This document shows, piece by piece, positions 12,500 through 27,530 of a DNA stretch of 64,000 bases (positions are counted from its first letter, which is position 1; each line of letters opens with the position of its first letter). Under the pieces are notes generated by a model, which was not told where the DNA came from, ran no database searches, and worked only from the letters and a program-made list of their open reading frames with translations. The position numbers and the translations under genes are program-made. The stretch is from Octopus sinensis (lineage: Eukaryota), in the NCBI RefSeq assembly GCF_006345805.1, contig NC_042997.1:101494001-101558000 (forward strand), written 5' to 3'.

Positions 12500-13800
12500 A
12501 TATAAGAGCTTCTAATCAATTCCCTACCCCTAACAACACACATCTCGCTAACACTTATTCTATGCATTATTCCATACACTCTCTTCATACCCTTCACATA
12601 CTCACTATACATCTCCTACACCCCATCCCTATCAACATTGTACCACTTTCATCCTTATTCCTTACAATTATTTTTACTGTAACCCTTTTTTGCACAATCA
12701 TGCTTTTTACACAATTATTGTCTGATTTCTTTTTTTTTTTTTCTTTTTCACTCTTTCATTTTCTGTTATAAATTCATCTATGCTCTCTAATATCATTGAT
12801 CCTCTTCGTGTTTTCATTATTATTAGTCTCCCTTCCACCACACCACTTTTATAATTTCCTCAGAGCATTGCTTCACTGTCAGTTAAACCTTACTTTTCTA
12901 ATCTAACCTATCCTACTTTCTTTATATTTCATACTTTTCCTAATATATCTTCTTACCTCAACTGCTTTCCATACCAATTTCTGACCCAACTGTCTTCCCA
13001 TATTTTACTTTCCTTATCTTATTTTCTTTATCTTAATACTTTCTTTTTTCTTCTCTTTTTATTCTTCTCCTCCTCTTCCTCCTGCGCTAACTCCCCTTCC
13101 CTTTTGTTATCTTGCTTTTTTTTTCCATTCCTTCTTCTATAAACAACACTACTGCCCATTCACACCCCACTCATTATATCACCTAGTTATAATAAGCACT
13201 TTACATGACTTAACTTCTCTATTCTGTCTTACAATACCTGCTACTTCCCTTAACCTTTTACCTCTTAAATTCTTTTAAATTCATTCACCTTTTAACCTTT
13301 AAAATTTACTTTTAACCAGCTATCACCTCCCTACCACCCTATCACTCTCTACTGCTACATTGTATACACATTTTTATCATTAATTTTTTACTACCCTTAT
13401 AGTTTTTCAACAGCTTTTTCAAACGTCATCAGTAGCATAGGAACAATACCTATAACTTCAATCTTCATCTATTTCTGTTTGCATTTCTATCTTACATTTG
13501 TAATCATCACTAGTCTTTTCTTAACCTAACTCTTCATTCATATTCCACTTAATTTATTTTCCTTTCTATCTTTATTTCATTCTCTCCTCCTTTTCCCTCC
13601 CATCTTTCATCTTTATCATCACTTTTTTTTATTCTCTTCCACATAAACAATGCTGCTGACCAAGATTCACCCCTGCCAAAAAATATCCAGCTTATATCAA
13701 GACATATTCAGACCTGTAACATTCCGAAATCTGTTATCAATCCCTTTCAACTTTTAACAGTCACCATTCACTCTTACCTTGCCATCCAATTGCTTCTGCC
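12500..13800 (-). mobile_element. Highly decayed LINE (RTE-like) fragment
   Basis: Purine-rich minus strand with a VRVNG RT-like motif near 13770 and many stop codons. Confidence 0.35.
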
Positions 13801-13825
13801 TTATTAGTGTCCTTTCACTCTACAC

Positions 13826-14090
13826 CTGTGGTTCCCAAAGTGGGCAGTACTTTCCCCTTGGGCGGGGGGAACATTGAAGAAAACTCGGGTAATAGTGGGG
13901 TGGCCAAAAGAGACCAGTGGATGTAAAAAAAACTTAAGTAACAGATTAATTAAGTTAAGTTTTATTTGCGAAATACAGTTGTTTTGAAATTGCTGTAGAA
14001 AGTGGTCTATGTTGGTGAGTTGGGGGATGCACTATGAATGTAGCCTGAGTTCCAAGGGGGTGGCAGCCTGAAAAAATTTGGGGACCACTG
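13826..14090. mobile_element. hAT-type MITE
   Basis: Termini ctgtggttcccaaa and tttggggaccactg resemble CAGTGGTTCCCAAA TIRs. The TSD is not preserved. Confidence 0.65.
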
Positions 14091-16289
14091 CTGTTGTCCT
14101 TAACTCATAGAATTGTTTCTATCATTTATTACTTAATATGAATGTACCAGCTGACCACGTGCTGTCAATAATGACAGCTAATTGTAATATTTTCTATATA
14201 AATAAGGTACATAATAATCACACATACAAACATTCACATACTTCCCATGTATACATACACACATATACTCAGAGTTGAAACGCTGATTTTGTTTTTTCAC
14301 TCCTTCCTTCCTTATTCATCTATCACCCCTTCCTTTCACTCATTGCTATTACTTTCTCTCACTCCCTCTCAATCAGGGCTATTACTCTCACTACTTCTCC
14401 TTCACTGAAAATTACTAGTATTAGTATCTTCGTTGTATCCATTGCCCTGTTCTTTCTTCCATCAAATTTCTGTGCTTATAGTATATACAGATCTCATATT
14501 TGTACATTTTATTAATCTTTGAAAGGAAATCACTTGGAAAATATACCTATGTTATAAGCAGACCATAAACACCACATCTATTTTCCTTTTTTGACTGGCT
14601 AAATCTGGGAGAAGGGCTAATACTCAAAACCTTCACAGGCTCTCCTAGACAACTGAGATTATTACCATTAATGTTTTGTTGGGATATTGCAAGTAAACAA
14701 ATGTAGGAGGAAACACTTGACCAGAGAATGGATAACAGTGCAAATGGTGTTTCCAACTCCTTAATTCCCACACAAAACACTGCACCCAATTCTTACAGTA
14801 ATAAGCAAATGACATTATTTACCAATGTAATGTGAAAACAAACTACCACGAAAGCATGCAATGATATAAATTCATAAACTCCATTTAAAATAAGATTCAA
14901 TTTACATAAACACACTTTTAGAAGTCTCAATATAACTAAATGTCACAAGCTGCATACATCTAAGAAATTAAAACCAAATCACTACCATTCCAGTTCAGTT
15001 AAATTCCTGAAGAAAGCAAAATCTTCTTGTGGCATGAAACCCTTAAATGTTTGTACAGTCAGAAGTCAAACTGTCTGAAAATTTTCATCTTTTATAACTA
15101 AGATTCTTAGGAGATATCATCACTTTAAGCCAATTAAACCCAGATTGCTTCTGAATTGTTTGTTGCTGCCTATTACAACTCTATCTTAATTATAAACAGA
15201 TTTCTTGTCATTTATTCATTTCTTAATCTTCTGCATAAATTTTTATCCTTCTCTTTTTTTATCTCAATTCTGTATCTTTAGTTTATGTATATTCTTTTCT
15301 ACACATCCACTCTACTACCTTTTGATTATCCCTTTATCCTTTATAACTATTTTCCCAAATACTGATCATTATTATTATTTATTAATACTTTCATCACTCA
15401 GGTTTTCCCATGTCTTTAACCATTCTTTCTCATACAGTCCTTTAATGCCTCATTTCCTGTAATCCATTATTTAATTTAGCATAGCTTATTTATTCCCTCT
15501 ATTATTATTATTGCCATTGTTGTAATTATTATGCTTATCATCAACCTTATCTCCCTTTGCACTAGTATAATGTTCAGTATAGGTATTGATGTTACTTCCA
15601 TTGCCATTACTCCAGGTGTGTTTACTACCATTGCTATAATGATGATGTTGCTGTTACCTGCTGTGATAGCGACATTAACTAGTATTGTTTATCATTGTCG
15701 TTATTGTTATTATTCCTTTTTAGCTGTATTATTAGTCTTAATAATATCGATGATGATGATGATAACAACAAAAAACTGATGTAATACAATACCAAGAAGT
15801 GTTTTCCCACTCCCAACAACAAAGAAAAACACACAATGCTGCATGCACCCCAGCAACACACAGGTATAGCAGTAGAAATTTGCCTGAAACTAGCAAATGT
15901 TGAACAATGATAATAATAATAATTTCAAATTTTGGCACAAGGCCAGCAATTTCAGGGAAGTGGGTAAGTCGATTACCTCAACCCCAGTACTCAACTGATA
16001 TTTATTTTATTGACCCTGAAAGGTTGAAAGGCAAAGTCAACCCCAACGGAATTTGAACTCAGAATGTAAAGATGGATGAACAACGACGACAACACTGCTG
16101 CTGCTGCTAATTTTTTTTTTAGCCACTTGGGCATAGATGAGGTGGGACATCACAAGGACAGGCAACAATTTATATGGGAATTTACATAAAGGATAGGGAG
16201 AAAGAAATGAAAAAGACAGTGAAATGTGGCAAAAAAAAAGTATATATAGTATACAAAGTATGTGATATTATGATACAGGAGAAACTCCA

Positions 16290-16900
16290 ACTAGGGGTCA
16301 ATCAAAGAACCCTACAGATGCAAGATCCAAGATTACACTGCTTATGAGCCCTTTCTCCTGCTTTCCAATCTACAAGCGCATAGAATAGGGCCATTCACTG
16401 GGAGGTAACACTTCACTTTCCATTCCAAGTGGATCTTAAAAAGTCAATGAGAGCTTGACTGAAGAGGAAGGTGCCTTTCTTCAACTCTTTCAGCCTCACC
16501 CACCACACAACACAACCTCTTTTGCCATGGCCACTAAACTGAGGAACACCACCTGTGTTGCCTTATTAAAGGATTCATCTCATATGTGATAACAGCTGTT
16601 TGACATATCTCCACAAGTCAGTAATACTCGGACACAACATGAGTGAATGCAGAACAGTTTCTTCACTCTGTGTGCATCTTGGACAGTCCCACCTGGCAGT
16701 GCTTCCATGCCTATAGAGTTTATTTCGAACTGGTACTGCTCCTCTGTAGCAGGGCCAGGCAAGGGATTTCTGGAAGTTATCTTTGGCAGTACTGGGCCTG
16801 AAAATCCTCTGAAACAGACCAGCTAGTTCATCCTTGTTGATGCCGAGAGTTTCCTTGAGTACACATCACTCTTACCCACCACTAGATTTCTAAATATATC
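16290..16900 (-). mobile_element. L1/Tx1-like LINE 3' fragment
   Basis: Reverse-complement homology to 42600-42960 (gccatggc, gaggttgtgt..gtggtggg..gaggctgaaag, cttcctcttcagtcaa). Confidence 0.55.
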
Positions 16901-17497
16901 TACTGTAGAACTTCCACAACTGTATTGCCTAGGAAATCCACCAACTGTATTGCTCTGACTGGTAGAGAGCAGTGAGTACCTGATGACATCCCAAATGCCA
17001 AACCGTCTACAACAAGCACCAAGAGATTATCTTCTAACAAACACTCATATGTGCATGTGTGCACTTACACACACACATACACAGAAGCCTGCATACATAC
17101 AATTTATACATGCTCACATACCAAATTCAAGCACATGCAGACATCCACCTTCAGGCATATCCACAAACTTACCTAGGTTATTTACCTAGGTTATTGAGAG
17201 GTACAGGGATGGGAAAAGAAGAATAGTCAACACATGTACTAGTACACATATCCACACACACACACACGTATACATGCACATACAGGCACAAACATTTATT
17301 GTCCACCAAGACGGTGAAGCTATGACTGGATAAAACTAATAGCTGGAAAAAGAAAAGAAGTAGAAAAAACGTAGAAATGGTATAGCAATTGTCAAATGGT
17401 AATGAAAAAGAAAAAAATTAATCTTTTGGTGTTGGGGAGCAAAATGAGCAATTAGTTATCACATAATATTACTACTACTACTACTAAATTTTTTTCC

Positions 17498-18545
17498 TGA
17501 TTTTGGCAGGAGGCCAAAAGTTTTTAGCAGTCATGGGATTAAGGTGAGATGTTAGTTAATTGCATTGACCCCAGCAGAATTTGAACTCAAAATGTAAACA
17601 GTCAGAAGAAATACTGATGAGCATTGTGTCTGACTTGCTAACAATTTTTCCAGTTTGCCACCTTCATAGAAGAAAAGATGGTGGTGGTTTTAAATTTGGG
17701 GATAGGACTAGAAATTTTAGATAGAAGGGTTTAGTCATTTTCATTGACTCTGATATTTAACTGGTACTTTATTTTATTGAACCTGTAAGGATGGACGGTA
17801 TACTTGACCTCAGCAGGATTTGAACTCACACCAACAGCAATGCTGCCAAGCATTTGTCCACTGCACTGACAATTATGCCAGCTTGTCACATTAATTTTTA
17901 GAGGAATGGGGTAAATCAGTTACATCAACCTCAGTACTTGACTGATACATATTTTATCAATCCTGAACTGATGAAAGATAAAGTTGACCTTCTTGGAATT
18001 TGAACTCAGAGCGTTAAGGCTAAAGAAATGCCACTAAGCATTTCGTTCAGTATGCTAACAGTTCTACGACTCACCGCCTTCACCACTTTAGTAATAATAA
18101 TGGTTTTACATTTTGGCACAAAGCCAGCAATTTTGAGGGAGTGGGTAAGTCAATTACATAGTCTCCAGTGTTCAACTGGTACTTATTTTATCGACCACTG
18201 AAAGTACAAAAAGCAAAGTTTGCCTCAGCAGAATTTGAACTCAGAAATGTAAATATATATGGAATACTGCTAAACATTTTGCCCGGTGTGCTAATGGCTC
18301 TACCAGCTTTCCACCTTAACCTTGGTAATAATCCTTTCTATTATAGGCATAAAGAAATTTGGGGGAGGGGGATAGTTGATTACATTGACCCCAATACTCA
18401 ACTGGTACTTAATTTATTGACCCTAAAAGGATGAAAGGTAAGGTCCACTTTGACACAATTTGAACTCAGAACATAGTGACGAGCGAAATACTGCTAAGCA
18501 TTTCGTCCAGGGTGCTAACAATTCTGCCAGCTCGCTGCCTTAACC
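17498..18545 (-). repeat. Head-to-tail array of five SINE-B units (~170-215 bp each)
   Basis: Units at ~17498-17663, 17690-17893, 17895-18081, 18105-18316 and 18335-18543. Each has the (t)tgaactca B-box complement and the ...gcc/acctt head. Confidence 0.85.
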
Positions 18546-19639
18546 TTGGTAATAATAATAATAATAAATGATTAAAGGTAGCTGATATAAAAAAATATAC
18601 AAATATTACCTATGATAATAACAAATACTAGTTAAAACTAATCTTGATAATACCAATTGATAGTAATGTGATGCCACTAAAATAAGTAGCAGTAATAAAT
18701 AAGAGCAATAATAATAAGAATTGAAAAAAATGAAAATGAAGATTCTATTAATAATAATTATTACAATAATGATCACATTAGTACCAAAATAAAGAATTGT
18801 GGCAATAATAATAATAATAATAATGATGATGATGATGAGGATGAGGATGATTTGTTGTATTTGCCACCAGGGCACTGAATGAAGGAGATAATACAAAGAC
18901 AGACATGAAGTGTCAAGATTTACATAGGATCGAATGATTTAAGAAATGAAAAATGAAATGTAAGTATTGGTAACCTGCTAAGTTGACTTAGATAGGACTC
19001 ATAGTAATAATAAAAATAATTATAATGGCTCCAAATTTTGGCACAAATACTAATAATAATAATTATGATAATAATAAGCAATAATGAACATGAAATTAAT
19101 AGTAATATTAATAATAATCAGATTCTGAATTCTGATCATAATAACAGTAACAACTGGCAAATCATTAAATAAGTGAATCGCTCAGTAGTGGCAACATACA
19201 TTACAACAGTGATATAGATAATCATAGAAAGTACTAGAATCAACCATAAAATCGGTGCCAATGACCTGTGGGGGTGAAGCTGTTTAGGAAGGAGAGGAAG
19301 AAATGGTCCATACAAAAATGAAGGGTCTGTCCCCAAAAATTGTCCCTGCAAAAGGGTTCAAAGTTGAAGTGAAATAAAATGGTCTAACAAGGCACAACAG
19401 AGTGAAAAAAGAGTAAAGTGGGGTGGTCCTGACAAGAGCTGATCTCATAGGGGCAAGATGGGCCAGGGTGGTTCAGTGAAGTGGGGAAAAGACAAAGCAA
19501 TATAGAGAAGGTGGTCTGTCAAAGTGACCCTGTGAGTCAGTATGGTCTTATGAGGGAAGTCACAAAAAGTTAAAGGCAGCCCAGTATATGTATACATATA
19601 TATATACACACATACACATGCAAATATATATATATACAT

Positions 19640-19684
<45 letters not shown>

Positions 19685-19730
19685 CACACACACATATATA
19701 TATATATATATACATACACACACATATATG

Positions 19731-19775
<45 letters not shown>

Positions 19776-20145
19776 CCAAATATATATACATACATACACA
19801 CACACACATCCTCTGCTGTTGTACCTCCAGTCATTACTTCATTCCATTTTGTCTGCCATCATGTTCTTGTTCCTTTTTTCATCCACACATCCTGGCCCTT
19901 CTGTCATTGCTATGTCTCCTGAGTCACATTGCCTTCTGTTATCACTCTATTCTCTTAGTCTGTTACTTTACATGTACATCTATTCTTCTGTCTAAGAATA
20001 CCGAATATACCTAAATCTTGTCCCTCTATCGCCTATTACTGCCGCTTCCATCAGTCCTTCCATCAGTCTCTCTGTGAAGTAGTTTGCAAGCAAGCAATGA
20101 CATAAGGTCGAGAGGACCTTTTAATCTTGTGGTGGGCATGGTTAC

Positions 20146-20335
20146 CTCTCTTGCGATGGTGTCACAAAATAATGCACCAAATACACTCTTATACACTGAT
20201 TCGTGTTTGTAAGAGCATCTACCTCTAGACTCCAGGCCGAAAGTGACATGCGGTCCTTTGACACGTCTGGGTGGACACAGAATCTCTGAATATATGCTGA
20301 CTCCAACAGTGACCACCCGCCTCAAACCATGACAG
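20146..20335 (-). other. Candidate exon of an unidentified minus-strand gene
   Basis: Strong acceptor ccttttatgcttgctttcatag| at 20336/20335 and donor gagag|gtaacc at 20146/20145. One frame is open (CHGLRRVVTV...DTIARE). It sits at the edge of the CpG-rich domain. No homology recognised. Confidence 0.3.
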
Positions 20336-21589
20336 CTATGAAAGCAAGCATAAAAGGATGATATTTATTATTTATATATATATATATACACATGCATACA
20401 TATATATGTATAATGTGTACATAAATATTTTTTGTGCAAAATATTTTTACATATTTTTATATATTCTATCATGGTGATAAGGCTTTGTATTGACAATTTA
20501 TTAACACTTACTGCTTTCCTCGTGGCACATGCTTGATATATGTGTATATGTACATTCACAGCCATATGTATATTTACAGATAGTTTGCTAGGTGTATATG
20601 TTGTACAACTGAAGATTATGTCAGATCGTAGTTAATGTTTACATTAATTTTAAATAACGATGATTTTTTTTTTTCTGAATGTTGTTGTCCTATTCTTCGT
20701 AATTGGCTGTTATCCTAAAAAAACTTCCTACGATAACTTATATTCATTCAATAATAAACGTTAGTATAACAAATAGACATTTGCGTAATAGGAGCCCTCG
20801 AAGGATCGTCTTCGTTGTTGCCCCTCCTGCTAAAATTAGCTACAAATCTTCCTAAAATCACATCCAACCGTCTTCATTAAAGAAATTGCATGTGGATTAC
20901 GTATTCCATGTGTAAATATACATAGACAAAAGATGAGGTGGTCACGCTTGGAATGCTTTGGGTCTTCGGTCAGCTGAATCAGCACCGTTTGGGGTAACAA
21001 CAAATGAATACATATTAAAAACGTGTAACGATAAGAAATATACATGTCTGTTTAATTCTTCTTTTGAGTTAAAATAATGTAGTAAATCACTGTTTTTGGA
21101 AGTGTAGTGTAAGATTGATTTAATCAATCACTGTTATATAAGTGGTATTTCAATATCGAATCGCAGTTTTGAAAAGGCAAAGAGAAAGACATCTCACTTT
21201 CCCTGCATGTAGACGATTTTAAATATAGTAAGGAGGTTAGTTCGCTACTTTTCCATTTCTCTCAATTCCACCACTCAATTATATCGATTGCTAATTTTTA
21301 TTGGTTACCTACATTCATTGAGCAATTATGTTTCATTGTTTTGATACTGTCTAAAGGTACTGAAATCGCATTTTTTTTTTCTCTCTTCAATGTCATTGTT
21401 GTTTCTTACAGTTAAAGTTGATTTGATATATAATTTTTCAACTTTTTATTACTTTTAAAATATTAAAATTCCTTTTGTTACTTATTTCGTTGGGAAAATA
21501 CAAATTTCATTTGATTACACCTACATTGTCTTAGCAATTATTATTATTACCATGCGGTATGTATGTATGTGTATATATATATATTTACA

Positions 21590-21730
21590 TTAAAACTCTT
21601 CTTAACAAGAGAAGTGAAAAGGCACCCGAAAATTGCATAAATCGTTAGCGCTGTCTTTTAACTAATTCTACCACGTGTTATTCTATTTCTGTAAATAGCA
21701 ATGCTAGTTACTGTTGAATTGCGCACTCTG
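21590..21730 (+). other. Possible non-coding first exon
   Basis: Donor ctctg|gtaagc at 21730/21731 in unique CpG-rich sequence. The start site is unknown. Confidence 0.2.
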
Positions 21731-22979
21731 GTAAGCGTTAAACATTTAGGGATCCATCCGAAAGATACTTTTCAATAATCCTGTTACATATATACATACG
21801 TTTAACTTGTGTCTTAGCCCATTTAGTTCAAATAAATGTCAATAATGTAGTGAGGTTGATTTATTATATATTCTATTTTTACAAAAAAGGAATATTACCC
21901 CTTAAAGTGATATCTCTTTATGGCATCAAGCAATTCGGGGTACTTGTTCCATTCTACACCGCATGAAGTAATTGCAGAATTTAATTGATTTCTTCCTGCG
22001 CAGATCTATCTCAATTCACATTTCCTTATTGGATTATATACGATTATCTGTTGTTTTCTTTCCATGTTAATGACTTTCAGTACATTTACTAGTAAGAACT
22101 ATGTGTTGATCGGAACGTTTGCGGGTCAGCGTAAATAAATCACAGTTCTTGTATATACTGTTTTTTGATATTTTTTTTATGATCGATAAAATAATTACCA
22201 GTATATGAATTAGTTTGATCAACCTACAAAGAGATTAAGCTGTGTTTAGAGGGTGAAAAAAGACTGATAATTTTTAGTTCTCATTTTGCAAGAAATATTT
22301 TATACTATGCTATTTATTTGTAAAAAAAAAACAATTTGGTTTAAATACAAAAACTTATAGTTTCCTCGGGTTAGGATAATTAGAGAATGGTTACTTTGTG
22401 TTTACATTGGAGTTATACTAAACACAAAAAAAGAAATGTTAAACGGAGACAAAATCTGACGGACTCGATGGGAAAATATTTATCAACAAAATTATCATGA
22501 GGAAATATTTATCAACAATATTATGTTTATCAAGTTACGTATTCGTCTTTTTGTATGCAAGTTGTGTAGAAGAAGCTACTCGAGTCTGTCCCTTGTTTTG
22601 GAATAAAATGATATTGTTGCTTATTCTCTAAATAGAATCCACGACCTGATTTCGATTCCCAGTTGTAGTTGTTTCAGTGCCTAGCAGCTCTCAATAATAT
22701 CGGTCAAGCCGAAGCGCTTCTATATATTTTTATTTGTTGACACGGTGAAGTCATTGTTTTTATTAGGTTACTCTCGCAAATATTTACATACTAAACACTC
22801 GGTGATTGTTACACCTTCGAGATGATACAGGTGATTGCTGAAACTATTCTGTTCTTATGGAATAGAGTTGTGTGAAATAAAGCATGACCACTTAGATACA
22901 ATAGTATTTTTTTTTTATACATGTCGACGCGCAACGTGATATAGCGAAGCATGTGCAATATTTGAAATAGTTTTGTGTG

Positions 22980-23025
<46 letters not shown>

Positions 23026-24038
23026 CACACACACACACACAATCTGAAGTGGAGTTTATGCCTCAGGGTTTCTTTTAACTGTTTCCTTTCGTAGGAATTT
23101 TGTCCTCGCTTGATAACATTGTCAGGTTTTTGGTTGTTTGAAATAAGAGAAAATCGAAAAGTTTTGTGTGTGTGTTGTATTTATTTCTGTGGATTATTTC
23201 GAATAATAAATAATAAGAAAAAACGGAGTCTTTCTTTAATAAATTTAAATGCTACAGTATTTGAAAACTCTTAACGTAACTGCTTCTGTAATAATTAAAT
23301 AACAAACTAACAAAAACTACTAATTAATATTAAAATAACCATTTATACACAGATCACCTGCATCCTTACTAATTTTCCTGTCCATCATTTTGTATATATG
23401 TGGAATAGTTTTCAATCAGTACAAAGAGCTATTTTTCAATTAAAACAAAACGCGATCTTGGATTTTAGGTAGATATATCTGCGTAAAACCAAAGATCACC
23501 CCCACCAAAAAGAAAAAAAGATTTTTTTCCTCTCTTTTTAGGCATCCTGCCCTTCTTCAAAAATATCCAGTAATAAAATAATTAGATGTCATTTGTTTTT
23601 TACACGTTTGTTGGCATGACAGATTACTTGCGTGTCTGTTCTATTTCCGACACAAGAGAAGCTAGGAAAACCTAATTTTAAAAATTCTTTTGTACATGAA
23701 TAAAAATTTTATACACACAACAGTTTATTCAAGCACACACACACACAATCATTGTGTTACCTGTTCATACGAACATGACTATGCCATTTACAATAGAGAA
23801 CTAAAAAGTACTTGGTCGGAATGTTAATGTTTTATTAAAATAAGCAAATCCAACAACTGTCGGACTCAATGTGCTCAGTTCTAAATAACACACATACGTG
23901 TGTATGGTATGTTTATGTAAGTATGTATGTATATATATATATATATTAGATAGAGAGATACAGAAATATATATATATTTACGTGTGTGTGTGTGTATATA
24001 TATACTTGTGTAGCATGAGAAGCAGATGTAAAATTTCG

Positions 24039-24103
<65 letters not shown>

Positions 24104-24109
24104 GTATAT

Positions 24110-24172
<63 letters not shown>

Positions 24173-26539
24173 ATAACCGGTTATATGTGTTTTTCGTTGT
24201 TACTATCCTGTTTAATTTGTTTCACGTACCGACAACAGAGCAGGTTCTTTTTTTAGTCAAAGGAGTTTTTTTATATATATATACTAAGGTTATACTGCTT
24301 TCCCTATTAAGTATTGTCGTAATCGTAGCGACTGTAAAGTAGGCATATACATACATGTATGTTTACACACACACACATATGTATGTATATTCTTATATAT
24401 ATTCCTGTCACAATCTGGGACCTTGAAGACTGCTTTAATGCAAGAAAGTATACTAGTCCCTTAATATTTGATATTCAGTATTTGATCTCTTCAATAAGAC
24501 AATCAATACTTCATTTCATTTTACTATATATACTATTTATAATATATATTCTACATTAATATTATATTATAAAGAATATAAATAAAACAAAAAAACAGAG
24601 TTGGAATTCCTTTGAATAATTTATATATCCCTCTATACACAATCATACAAACCCCTTTTTATTTATATATATTCGAAATTTTGGTTTATCTTATTTTATT
24701 TTTAGAAAGTTGTAGGGTTATTTAGTATGTACCTCCATCTCAACGTCGTATGCTGAGCCAGCTAGATGTGTATATACTACCAAAGCCCACCCAGTTTTTT
24801 GAAAAGCGAAATGGTACGAAATACAGTTACACATTGGCAGATAGCAACACAATTCTTTTCAGATATTTATGGCTCTAACAGTTAAGAGTACGAAGTACAC
24901 TCAAATACTAACCACGTGTAGAGTAAAAAAAATTCGTTACTGTTTTGGTTAACGTTGCGTCAAACATTTCTTCCAATTATAGTAATACAATGTTAGTGAG
25001 TGAACATCGAATAATACCCGATTTGTTTCTATGTCGTGTAATTTTTTTGTCTCAAACATCCGATCGACCTTTTGTATATATTATAAGTAAAAGATATCTA
25101 ATTATAATTTTTATTTTGTCACTTTATATAAACATATGTGGTGAGGTAGTTAATGAAGGAAAGCCTTGTTTGTTTGCATAAATAGCTACTTGAGTGCCCC
25201 TCTCTTCAACTTTGTCTCCGTATAACTTTTTAATAATGCATATTTTCTATTGTAGTTTTGAGGAGCTGCCTTTAAAGGTGTACGTGACAATTATGTTGAT
25301 AATTTTTATTTGTGGGGGAATAGGATTTTTTTCTTTTATTGGTTAAAGAAGTTCATACCTTCTAAGTCATACAACTTGCTCATGTTCATCGAACAATATA
25401 AAATAGATTTTAAAAATCTATGATATCATGATATATATTATTCATGATCAACATGAAAGTGGGAAACACGATTTAAAAAAGTAACATTTTTGCGTTCAAG
25501 TCTTACCTCTGAATGCTTTCGGTTTCTAAGTATGCAGAACGTAGACAGAATTTTTTTAATCGCGCCTTTCAATTTCGTGTTGAGAATTAATAATTAGTAT
25601 CAATCAAAATAATGTCTTATATGGTGTGTAATATGAGCAAGTTATTGAATGGTTTAATCGCCTCCCCACCAATAAATAAAATAAAAAATTTCATCAACAT
25701 AACCCTCATCCTACCTTCGAAAATGCATCTCTGTAAAATTACACTTAAAATAGACAGTAAGAAATTAAAACATAATCTATTAGATCATTTGTTGTTCTTT
25801 AACACTCCATCAGCTTGACCAGCAGAGCTGACTCGATAAAGATAAATAGCATGTTTATAAGGAAGTATTTATAACACGCCTCTCCCGACACAAGTTTATT
25901 TAGATGACATTTAATACAGTTTGGCATGTTCGTAACGGTCGTTGTTGCAGATAAGAGGATGCTGGCAATCAGTGGAGAGACTAAGCTCGACCCACATACC
26001 TGGTTTTGCTTTTTGTTTTATCGTTGTTGTTGTTTTCTGCTCATAAGGCTGAGTATTCAACTGACACGTAAATCCTTAATGTAATTCCCGGAATTGCACT
26101 AGACTATACATTTTGAATTCCTGGTACAATAAACCTAGTGGGCTTCAAAACAATTTTCGTCTATTCATTTTCACTCTATCGAAAATTATATAATCCCAGG
26201 ATGTCACGAACTGGATAACCCACGGTTATAAAGTAAACTTTTTAACTGTCAATCATTAGATTGCGGCCATGCTGGGACACCGCCTCGAATCAACTTCAGT
26301 ACTTATTTTTTTAAAAGCCTGGTACTTATTTTATTGAGTTCTTTCGTGTAACCGCTACGTTACGGGGTCATAAAAACACCAATACCGGTTGTCAAGTGGT
26401 GATAGGGGACACGCGCGTGCGCACATTATGTGGGTGTGTGTGTATTTACACACACACACACACACACAACGGGTTTCTTTCAGTTTCCGTCTAGACTAAA
26501 AAATCAACTTACAAGGCTCCGGTCGGCCCGAGACTATAG

Positions 26540-27110
26540 TATATATATATATATTATGTATAATATACATATATATGTATAATATATATATATGTATAAT
26601 ATACATATATATATGTATAATATACATATATATATATGTATAATATACTTATATATATATGTATAATATACATATATATATATGTATAATATACATATAT
26701 ATATGTATAATATACATATATATATATATATGTATAATACATATATATATCTGTATAATATACATATATATATATGTATAATACATATATATATATGGTA
26801 TAATATACATATATATATATGTATAATAACATATATATATATATGTGTATAATATACATATATATAATGTATAATATATATATATATATGTATAATATAC
26901 ATATATATATATATATATAATATAATATATATATATTGTATAATATACATAATATATATGTATAATATAATATATATGTATAATAATACATATATATATG
27001 TATAATATATATATGTATAATATATATATATGTATAATATTATATATGTATAATATATATATGTATAATATATATAATGTATAATATATATATTATATGT
27101 ATAATATATA
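26540..27110. repeat. AT-rich minisatellite with core ATGTATAATATACAT
   Basis: Tandem near-palindromic core separated by variable (AT)n. Confidence 0.9.
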
Positions 27111-27529
27111 TCTCTTTTACTCTTTTATTTTTTTTTTTTTACTTGTTTCAGTCATTTGACTGCGGCCATGCTGGAGCACCGCCTTTAGTCGAGCAACTCG
27201 ACCCCGGGACTTATTCTTTTGTAAGCCCAGTACTTATTCTATCGGTCTCTTTTGCTGAACCGCTAAGTAACGGGGACATAAACACAGCAGCATCGGTTGT
27301 CAAGCAATGCTAGGGGTACAAGCACAGACACACAAACATACACGCATATATATATATACATATATACGACGGGCTTCTTTCAGTTTCCGCCTACCAAATC
27401 CACTCACAAGGCTTTGGTCGGCCTGAGGCTATAGAAGAAGACACTTGCCCAAGGTGCCACGCAGTGAGACTGAACCCGGAACCATGTGGTTGGTAAACAA
27501 GTTACTTACCACACAGCCACTCCTGCGCC
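27111..27529 (-). mobile_element. Full-length SINE family A (Octopus OR-like)
   Basis: Head ggcgcaggagtggctgtgtggtaag, B box gggttcagtc, tail gtaaaagag; CpGs retained. Confidence 0.9.
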
Positions 27530-27530
27530 T

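Noticed and set aside
19445-19995. Overlapping ORFs of 79-135 aa
   Set aside because: They run through (TA)n/(CA)n microsatellites and show no protein-like content.
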